From assembly GCA_012862495.1 (NCBI GenBank), contig BLSG01000217.1, positions 23,784 through 81,197 on the forward strand: a stretch of 57,414 bases of DNA. Reading direction: 5' to 3'. This stretch comes from Thraustochytrium aureum. Taxonomy: Eukaryota. Below the pieces are notes generated by a model, which was not told the DNA's origin, made no database searches, and was given only the letters and a program-made list of their open reading frames with translations. Position numbers and translations under genes: made by a program. Below, in pieces: positions 49,539-57,414 of the stretch (the stretch's first letter is position 1; each line of letters opens with the position of its first letter).

Positions 49539-49820
49539 AGGAAAGCCGTCTCGTTGGCGGAGGTTGACCTCTCGCCGCTCGTCGCACAGTGCAGTTTGAG
49601 GACGCTGTCCGGTTTCGCTGTGTTTACGCGCTTTCCTGCGTGCACTCGTGGTGCCGGTGCGGCGCGCAGCGGCCGAGAAGCAGGCAGACGCCCAGCCAGG
49701 TGCGCGCCCAATCGTTAAATGTTTTGTGGAAAAGCAAAAACAGTCAATCGTAGAATTTCCCCTCGGCAGTCGGCACGGCAATCTATTTAAAAAGCGCGGA
49801 CGGGGCGCGAGCGGGTGGAA

Positions 49821-50489
49821 CTATCTCTGCACGTGCTCGACGCCCCTGCTCGGGAGCCGCGGCCGGTGCTTTTCAAAAAACCGCTTGATGACCCTTGACA
49901 TGACGAGCGATCCCCTGTGCGCGCCGCGAGGTCGTTGCAAGACGTCAGGGACAGTTGGCGCGAGCGGCGGGAGCAGAGTCGGTTCTGCCGCGCAACTTAC
50001 CAGCAAGCCATTGAAATGAGTATAAAGGTGGTCGGCACATAGGGCATATTTGCGAACGAGTACATGACGATGAGGAGGTTGACAGAGTGCAAGCAGATGT
50101 CAATGTTTCGCCGCAGCATATCGCGCCACTCGTTGTACAGAATCAAGCTCATGTCAAGAAAGATGATTGCCCAAGACGCGCTGATGTAAAACACCGTGCT
50201 CGTTGCCCTCTCTGTTGCGAGGAGGAAGGCCAGTATGCCGTACAAGAAAATGGTCACCATGACTAGGGCGTCCCGGAGGGGCGCCAGTTAGCGAGCCAGC
50301 GCCGCTCGGCGCCAAGGGGCGCTAGGTGCACTTACCGATCGGCCCCGAGACGCAAAAGATCTCCACGGCCACCTTGGTCGCAACAGAAAAGTGGGTAAAC
50401 GACGCCCACTTGAACCGCTCCCCAAGCAGGGCGTACACAGACGCGCCCAAGCCGACCATCGCCACGCTGGACGCCACAATGTGGTACAT
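49821..50489 (-). CDS. Small multi-pass membrane protein (169 aa); exons 50489-50336, 50262-50001, 49914-49821
   Basis: Three short hydrophobic ORFs join in frame: MYHIVASSVAMVGLGASVYALL...GPI-V-MVTIFLYGILAFLL...ISMAC-W-GSLVMSRVIKRFF...VQR*. Confidence 0.78.
49915..50000 (-). other. Spliceosomal intron (86 nt)
   Basis: Minus-strand GTAAGT donor, CCTGAC branch, CAG acceptor; frame restored. Confidence 0.82.
50263..50335 (-). other. Spliceosomal intron (73 nt)
   Basis: Minus-strand GTAAGT donor, GCTAAC branch, TAG acceptor; frame restored. Confidence 0.82.
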
Positions 50490-50799
50490 GCTACCCCCCA
50501 CGTCCCCGCCGCGAGTCCCTCCTTGCCTCACCGCCCGCCGCAGCGCATCCCTGCCCACCTGCGCCTCCTCCGTGCTCGGCAACTCGTCGGCTAACCCGGC
50601 AAACCGCCCAAAACACCTGCCGAGCAGTCCACCGCTTCGGCGGGTGCAGGTCCCCGGCTGGCAGCTTCGCGCGGCCTCGCACGATGCTGCTCGTAGCGGC
50701 CCACCCGCGCGGCGGCCCCGAATGCGCCCGCGAAGGAGTCCTGCTCCACGTCGCGCACTGCCCGCACACCCTTCGTCCGCCGCGTGCATCATTCGCCAG

Positions 50800-51515
50800 C
50801 ACCATCGCGGGCATCGGCATCGCCGTCAAGAGACTGGCTGAGCTGGATGCCGTGGAGTGCCAGCTCGCGGTCGCAGGGCATGCGATGCTCTCTCGCAGAC
50901 GCGCTGGCGAGGCGCGACATGCACAACCACATTATCATCATCATCATGTTCATNNNNNNNNNNNNNNNNNNNNNNNNNNNNNNNNNNNNNNNNNNNNNNN
51001 NNNNNNNNNNNNNNNNNNNNNNNNNNNNNNNNNNNNNNNNNNNNNNNNNNNNNNNNNNNNNNNNNNNNNNNNNNNNNNNNNNNNNNNNNNNNNNNNNNNN
51101 NNNNNNNNNNNNNNNNNNNNNNNNNNNNNNNNNNNNNNNNNNNNNNNNNNNNNNNNNNNNNNNNNNNNNNNNNNNNNNNNNNNNNNNNNNNNNNNNNNNN
51201 NNNNNNNNNNNNNNNNNNNNNNNNNNNNNNNNNNNNNNNNNNNNNNNNNNNNNNNNNNNNNNNNNNNNNNNNNNNNNNNNNTGCTGGCGGGCCGGCGGGC
51301 TGGCGAGGCGCGACATGCACAACCACATTATCATCATGTTCTTGTTCATGTTCATGCTCATCGTCACCATCGCGGGCATCGGCAACGCCGCCAAGAGGCT
51401 GGCGGGGCTGGATGCCGTGGAGTGCCAGCTCGCGGTCGCAGGGCATGCGATGCTCTCTCGTAGACGCGGTGGCGGGCCGGCGGGCTGGCGAGGCGCGACA
51501 GGCACAACCACATTC
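50800..51515. repeat. Tandem repeat with a unit of about 185 bp, spanning gap 50954-51281
   Basis: caccatcgcgggcatcggca...gctggatgccgtggagtgccagctcgcggtcgcagggcatgcgatgctctctcg at ~50800 and ~51366; gctggcgaggcgcgaca.gcacaaccacatt at ~50902, ~51299 and ~51484. Confidence 0.85.
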
Positions 51516-51674
51516 ACGATGAGACGATCTGTGAGCGAGTAGGACGTTCGTGAACACGAGGACGTGATGGCGCCAACGAGGATTGCGATGGCGGAGAGCG
51601 TTTGAAGCTGATGCGTCAATGTCGCTTGGAGCACTGAGCGGCGGCCTGTCTCGCAGCGCTCGCGCCAGTGGCCA

Positions 51675-52607
51675 GTGGCAGGAGATCACGAGCTCAAGGA
51701 CGACGAGCTGGTCGAGCGGCGGCCTCGGGCTTGGCTGGAGTACCAGCGGATGGTGACCATGGACGCACTTCGTAATGCGACGGCAACGCAGGCGCTAGTG
51801 AATGCGAGCTGGGAGGCGATTGGGAGGGAGGAGGCGGCGGCATGGAACCCGCTCGGGCTGACCTGGCAGGCGTGGGTGATTGTGCTGGTTGTCAAGGTCT
51901 GCGGCGTGGTGATGATCGACCCGGTCGTCCTCGGGGTTTGCAAGTTGCTCGGCGTTGCTAAGCTTCCCTCGCGAGTGCCGACGCCGATCATGAAGGGGCT
52001 CGAGCGGCTCACTGCGAAGGACTGGGCCTTTCTTGGCGTGAACCAGGTCATCGAGACCGCAGGGACGATGTACTTTGCGAGCTTTGCGCTCTTTGAGCCG
52101 AGCGTGGAGCGCGCGGCTGGCGCGCTGACCTTGGGCAACACGGCGGGCTTCATCTACTTTGTCTTCCTCGTGGACGACTTTTTTTACTACTGGGCGCACC
52201 GCGCGATGCACTTGCCAGCGCTGTACCCGTACTGTCACAAGCACCACCACCGCCAGAGCATGCCGCGACGCGGCTACTTTGACGCCGCCAACGAAAACCC
52301 GCTCGAGCAGGTCATCGGGCTCTCGGCCGTCCTCTGCACCTTTCGCCTGGCTCTGTGGATGTGGCCCTTTGGGGTGCATGCGTTTGCTGTCCTGGGCTTC
52401 ACGCTGCTCTATGCTGTGACTGCATTCCTCAACCACACCGAGTACGACGTGCAGTTCGGGTGGCTCGGCCTGGGCTATTCAGTGCGCGCGCACGAGATGC
52501 ACCACCGCTTCCCGCAGTGCAACTACGCGCAAAACACCATGATCTGGGACAAGCTCCTCGGCACGTTTCAGGAGTACCGCGGGGGCCAGAGCGCCAAGCG
52601 CGAGTGA
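51675..52607 (+). CDS. Sterol desaturase / fatty acid hydroxylase superfamily di-iron membrane enzyme; true start uncertain (ATG near 51568, 51588 or 51749)
   Basis: His boxes DDFFYYWAHRAMH, HKHHH, LNHTEY and HEMHH, plus CNYAQNTMIWDKLLGTF and several TM segments. Confidence 0.9.
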   Translation: MAGDHELKDDELVERRPRAWLEYQRMVTMDALRNATATQALVNASWEAIGREEAAAWNPLGLTWQAWVIVLVVKVCGVVMIDPVVLGVCKLLGVAKLPSRVPTPIMKGLERLTAKDWAFLGVNQVIETAGTMYFASFALFEPSVERAAGALTLGNTAGFIYFVFLVDDFFYYWAHRAMHLPALYPYCHKHHHRQSMPRRGYFDAANENPLEQVIGLSAVLCTFRLALWMWPFGVHAFAVLGFTLLYAVTAFLNHTEYDVQFGWLGLGYSVRAHEMHHRFPQCNYAQNTMIWDKLLGTFQEYRGGQSAKRE

Positions 52608-52693
52608 TCGATGTCCCTCGCGCCTTCGCACAGCAGCATCAAACTGAACAAACCTTTGCTATTACTGCTCCATCGATTGACACTGGTGCGCTG

Positions 52694-52720
52694 CTGGCTG
52701 GCTGGCTGGCTGGCTAGCTG
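52694..52720. repeat. (GGCT)n tract downstream of the desaturase
   Basis: ctggctggctggctggctggctagctg. Confidence 0.85.
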
Positions 52721-53582
52721 GGAATGCGGCGCCACCGTCAGCAGCTCACCTCCCCCTTGCATTGATTTGATCGATCAAGAGCGTGCAAGNNNNNNNNNNN
52801 NNNNNNNNNNNNNNNNNNNNNNNNNNNNNNNNNNNNNNNNNNNNNNNNNNNNNNNNNNNNNNNNNNNNNNNNNNNNNNNNNNNNNNNNNNNNNNNNNNNN
52901 NNNNNNNNNNNNNNNNNNNNNNNNNNNNNNNNNNNNNNNNNNNNNNNNNNNNNNNNNNNNNNNNNNNNNNNNNNNNNNNNNNNNNNNNNNNNNNNNNNNN
53001 NNNNNNNNNNNNNNNNNNNNNNNNNNNNNNNNNNNNNNNNNNNNNNNNNNNNNNNNNNNNNNNNNNNNNNNNNNNNNNNNNNNNNNNNNNNNNNNNNNNN
53101 NNNNNNNNNNNNNNNNNNNNNNNNNNNNNNNNNNNNNNNNNNNNNNNNNNNNNNNNNNNNNNNNNNNNNNNNNNNNNNNNNNNNNNNNNNNNNNNNNNNN
53201 NNNNNNNNNNNNNNNNNNNNNNNNNNNNNNNNNNNNNNNNNNNNNNNNNNNNNNNNNNNNNNNNNNNNNNNNNNNNNNNNNNNNNNNNNNNNNNNNNNNN
53301 NNNNNNNNNNNNNNNNNNNNNNNNNNNNNNNNNNNNNNNNNNNNNNNNNNNNNNNNNNNNNNNNNNNNNNNNNNNNNNNNNNNNNNNNNNNNNNNNNNNN
53401 NNNNNNNNNNNNNNNNNNNNNNNNNNNNNNNNNNNNNNNNNNNNNNNNNNNNNNNNNNNNNNNNNNNNNNNNNNNNNNNNNNNNNNNNNNNNNNNNNNNN
53501 NNNNNNNTTTCGAGGTACTACTCTACAGCAGCCAGAGAGCTCGCAGCCCGTTCGCAAGTTCACCTTCGTGGGCTTACGCTTT

Positions 53583-54206
53583 TCAAAGCCGGCCGACGCC
53601 CGCGCGCTCAACGTCGGCGCGCTCGAAGCCCGCGTGTTTAAAGCCCTTGTTCTCAAAGCCCGCCGCGCGTTCAAAGCCCGCGTCCTCAAAGCCCGCCGCG
53701 CGTTCAAAGCCCGCGTCCTCAAAGTCCGCAAACTCAAAGTCCCCGCGCTGCTCTGTTTCCGCAGTCTCGGAGCCCGCTGGCGACTGGGTTGGCGGCGAGC
53801 CGATCATAAACGCCTCCATCGCAGTCCTTGCGGCCTCGAGCTTCTCCGCGCGCGACTTGCCGCGCAAGCCAATGAGCATGTCAATGAGGTCTTGCTCTTG
53901 CTTGCGGGCCGCCCGAGCGAGCTCGAGCTCCTGCTGCGCGATTCGAGGGATGTAGCGTTCGCTCGAGAGCTGTGTGCAGTCTTGGCTCCTAGGCGGCTGG
54001 CCGAGCGGCGGCGCAGTGAGGAACTTTTGCTCGTACAGCATATTGAACGAAGCGACCCCCACGCCCACACTGACTAAAACCGTCACCGCGGTGAACCTGG
54101 CAGGGCCCATGCGCTGGCAGGTGCGCACTGTCGCGTTCGCTTTTGCTGCGAGCCATTGGTCGAGCTTGAGAAGCCAGTTGGCCCAACTTTGGCCTGCCTT
54201 GGCCAT
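53583..54206 (-). CDS. Hypothetical single-TM protein with a coiled coil and an acidic repeat tail
   Basis: ATG at 54206, TM FTAVTVLVSVGVGVASFNML, helical QQELELARAARKQEQD, FEDAGFERAAG repeats. The 3' end may be frameshifted. Confidence 0.65.
   Translation of the reverse strand: MAKAGQSWANWLLKLDQWLAAKANATVRTCQRMGPARFTAVTVLVSVGVGVASFNMLYEQKFLTAPPLGQPPRSQDCTQLSSERYIPRIAQQELELARAARKQEQDLIDMLIGLRGKSRAEKLEAARTAMEAFMIGSPPTQSPAGSETAETEQRGDFEFADFEDAGFERAAGFEDAGFERAAGFENKGFKHAGFERADVERAGVGRL
53652..53724. repeat. 33-bp coding tandem repeat (about 2.2 copies plus degenerate copies)
   Basis: ctcaaagcccgccgcgcgttcaaagcccgcgtc twice; encodes FEDAGFERAAG on the minus strand. Confidence 0.88.
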
Positions 54207-54244
54207 CGCGCCGTAGTCGCGGTCCACGTGCACGCAGCCCACGA

Positions 54245-54266
54245 GCAGGCAGGCAGGCAGGCAGGC
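54245..54266. repeat. (GCAG)n tract
   Basis: gcaggcaggcaggcaggcaggc, about 40 bp upstream of minus-strand ATG 54206. Confidence 0.9.
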
Positions 54267-54822
54267 CAGCTCTTGGGCTGGCAAACGGGCTGGCTCTGCC
54301 CTGCAGAGCGAACAGGCTGACTGGGAGAAGGCCCAGCGAGCCCGCACAGCGCGGCGCGGACGCTAGCGGTCGGACCACTTTCGTTTTGGCGCTGTCGCGC
54401 CTTGTGGCGAGCCCGCTCCACGGCGGCCTTGTTCGGCCACCCGCAGAGCTCTCGCCGCAGGCCAACTCACGGCGCCAGTGCAGCCGGGCGAGCTCCTTTT
54501 CGCTGTTGCTTCGGAGCTGCACGACTGATGTATGCCGCCTGTCTGAAAGCGCGTTGAGGCTTGCTTCACAAGTGGTGAGCTTCGCGTTGTCGAGCGGGGT
54601 CGAACACGCCGAGCGTTGGCAGCACGGCATGGGTAGTGAGTGCCTTGGTGCCGGCGCGGACGCGGTGCTGATGCGAGCGAAGCCAAGCGGAAGATCTCGA
54701 AGGAGTGGCGAGGTTTTTATGTTTGTCTTGTTCTTTCAAGATCAAGAAATCAATCAATCAAATGCGGCGCAGGCCGCCAGCGACGGCTCCATCGCCGATT
54801 CCACATCGGGTGTGAGCGAGTC

Positions 54823-57414
54823 TCAGCCCTGCAAACGGCCGCTTCGGCGTGCCTGCGAGCGCAGCTTGGCCGACATGGACGGTCCCAGCTCTGAGACCAT
54901 CGAGGAAAACTGAGAAGCGGGGTCCGAAAGCAACCGGCCCGGACTGGCGTACTCGACGACGTGGCCCCCGTCCAAGACGAGGATCTTGTCGCTGTCGATG
55001 ACCGTGTTGAGGCGGTGCGCGATCGTGATGATCGTGCACTCTGAAAACGAGTTGCGAATCGTGCTCTGAATGGCCGCGTCAGTCTCGTAATCGACCGAGC
55101 TTGTGGCCTCGTCGAGAAGGAGGATCTTGGCTTGCGCGAGGATGCTGCGGGCCAAGCACAAGAGCTGGCGCTGGCCCTGCGAAAAGTTCTCGCCGTACTC
55201 GCTGACCTCGCCGTCAAGACCGCCAGAGTCCTCGATGGCGCGCTTGATGGCGCACTGCTCGAGCGAGTCCCAGATCGCCTCGTCGTTGTACTTGCCGAAA
55301 GGGTCGAGGTTACTGCGCACAGTGCCGCTGAACAGCACAGGCGACTGCGGCACGATGCTGATCTTGGAGCGCAAATCGTGCAGGCCGATCTTGCTCACGT
55401 CCACGCCGTCGATCCAGATTGGGCCCGTCCCGTCTTCCAGCAGCTCCGGCTCAACGAGGCGCAAGAAACTGAGGAGCAGAGAGCTTTTGCCCGAGCCCGT
55501 GCGACCGCAGACGCCAACGCGCTCGCCGCCGCGGATGCTCAGCGATACCTTGCTGAGGACGAGCGGGGTGTCTTTGCGATACCGCATGCTGAGGTCCTTG
55601 ATCTCCACGGCGCCCGTCAAGGGCCACTCGGCGGGAGGCGCGAAACCCTTCTCGCTTTCGAACGACTTTTCTTGCTCAATCCCGGTCGTGTAGAAGAGGA
55701 TGCGCTCCACCGAGTTCATGCCCGCCTCGAGCTCCGCAAACGTGCGAACCGTCTGGTTGAGCAGGCCCGTGATGGACATGGCAAAGCTGAGACTGAGCCC
55801 CGCCAGGCCGGCCGACAGCGTGCCCTGCTCTGCCGAGTAAACGGCGAGGCAGGCAGCGAGAATGGTGATGACGGCGCCCATGAGCTCGAGGCGCACCGCC
55901 AACCAGCGCTCGATTGCCTTGACCAGGTACCAGCCCTTGAGGTTTTCGTCCACTTTGGTGGCGTTGTCGGCCATGAACGTCGAAGCGTGGTTGTACGAGC
56001 GGATCGTGGAGAGCCCGCCAAGCGTTTCCGAAAAGTGCGCAAACACGGGCGAGCGCGAGATGGACTCGAGCCGTTTCGAGTCGCGCGCCAGCGGCCGGTA
56101 CCAGTTGAGGAAGCGAAGGTAGAGCACGCCAAGCACTGGCACCGAGATCAGGAAGAACGGCGTCGAGTAGCCAATCGTGATGATCGAGAAGAGAACCATG
56201 GTGGTCGTGAAGAGGAAGAACGAGTAGAACATGGGCACCTGGGTGTCGATGAGATAGAGGTCCTTGGAGAAGCGCGAGATAATACGCCCGATCGGGGTCG
56301 TGTCAAAGAACGAAGTGGGTGCGTGCAGCACGGACGTGACGAGGCCGTCGTGCATGTTGATCGAGGCGCGCAGGCCGAGGTAGAACGTCATGATGCCGCG
56401 CAAGTAGGTCAGCGCGGCGAGCACAATGGCGGTCAGCGCGTACCCGACGAGGTAGAAGTGAAACGAAAAGTCTCGTACTCGTTGTCGTCCGCCCACACCG
56501 TGACCCAGGCCTGGTTGGCCAGGTTGGCCAACTGGCTCACCAGGAAGAGCACAAGCACGCAGGCAGCAAAGCAGTAACCGCCGCCAGCCCTGAGGTAGCC
56601 CAGGTACTCGTCCATCTGAACGGCACCCTTCTGGCGCTCTTCCACCTGCATGAGGTCCTTGCCCGCCTCCTCGTTCATCTCCTCCCCGGGCACGGACTCC
56701 ATCATCGAGGAGGACAGCCGGCGCTCGCCGCTGTCGTATCCGCTAATGACAGACTCGACGTCTGCCGTGTTTGAGTCGGCGAGGGCCTGGGCCTCGGCCT
56801 CGGCGTCGGCCCTGGCCTCGGCCTGTTTCTCGGCCTCGTCGCCGCCCTCGTGGCTCGCACCGTTGAATTTAGCCATCAGCTTGGAGAAGTCGAGCCCCGA
56901 CGAGAGCAGCTTGGCGTACTTGCCCTGCTCGACGATGCGGCCGGGCTCGTTCTCCTTGGCCTCGAGCACGATGACCTTGTCGCACTGCGGGAGGAAATTG
57001 AGCTGGTTGGTGACCAGGATGCGGGTGCGGTCCTTGAGCAGCTTGAGGATGCACTCGTTGAACATGCGGCGCGCCACCTCGGGGTCGAGCGCCGAGAGCG
57101 GGTCGTCCAGGATGACGATGTCCTTGCGCGAGTATGCGGCGCGCGCGACGGAGATCCGCTGCTTTTGGCCGCCCGAGAGGTTGATCCCGCGCTCGCCGAT
57201 CATGGTCTGGTCTCCGTCCTGCAACACCTCGAGGTCGTGAGAGAGCTGGCAGGCGCGCAGAACGCGGCGGTACCGCTTTTCGTCCATGGGCTCCCCAAAG
57301 AGGATGTTGTTGCGCACGGTGTCGTTGAAGATCCAGGCCGTCTGCGCCGCGTATGCGACCGAGCCACTGAGGCCAACGCTGCCGCGCGCGCAGTGCAGCT
57401 CGTTGATGATCGCT
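54823..57414 (-). CDS. ABC transporter subfamily C (MRP-like): NBD1 end, TMD2 and NBD2; 5'-partial; frameshift near 56467
   Basis: NBD1: IGERGINLSGGQKQR, ILDDPLSALD. TMD2: FFDTTPIGRIISRFSKD, HFSETLGGLSTIR. NBD2: GRTGSGKSS, GENFSQGQRQL, LLDEATSSVD, IAHRL. One extra T in TTTT joins EYET-FSFHFYLVGY. Confidence 0.95.

Noticed and set aside
50800..51515. CRISPR-like array or transposon
   Set aside because: No unique spacers, cas genes, transposase or terminal inverted repeats are visible.
54754..54825. Stop-codon readthrough extension of ABCC (DSLTPDVESAMEPS...)
   Set aside because: No known readthrough context after TGA, and a short open stretch is expected at this GC content.
1..57414. Functional cluster of lipid/membrane genes (BLTP1, myotubularin, desaturase, ABCC, sulfotransferase)
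   Set aside because: They are interspersed with unrelated housekeeping genes in mixed orientation, with no evidence of co-regulation.

Overview
GC-rich, gene-dense, intron-poor eukaryotic draft sequence with 13 N-gaps and no sign of prokaryotic operons, CRISPR arrays, rRNA or tRNA. An IFT70 gene (flagellated stage) plus the compact high-GC architecture suggests a thraustochytrid-like stramenopile, which is inference only. Gene order: sulfotransferase (5'-partial); cathepsin C; eRF3; cyclophilin; a ~20.4 kb BLTP1/KIAA1109/Csf1-type bridge-like lipid transfer gene split over 7 ORFs; IFT70/TTC30; Tim21 fused to a thioredoxin-like domain; an unknown two-domain protein; myotubularin; a tandem GST-N protein; a protein with tandem hnRNP-Q acidic domains; a QQA-repeat ORF; a probable organellar helical protein; two small spliced membrane-protein genes; a sterol desaturase/fatty-acid hydroxylase; a small single-TM protein; an ABCC transporter (5'-partial). 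Roughly a dozen apparent 1-nt frameshifts look like assembly errors. I see no clear novel multi-gene system. The best leads are unusual domain architectures (Tim21-Trx, CHAT-like plus bacterial-like domain, C2-containing BLTP1, PDZ-myotubularin, triple hnRNP-Q acidic domain) and a (GCAG)n tract that recurs upstream of start codons. All family calls are motif recognition by eye, not database searches.
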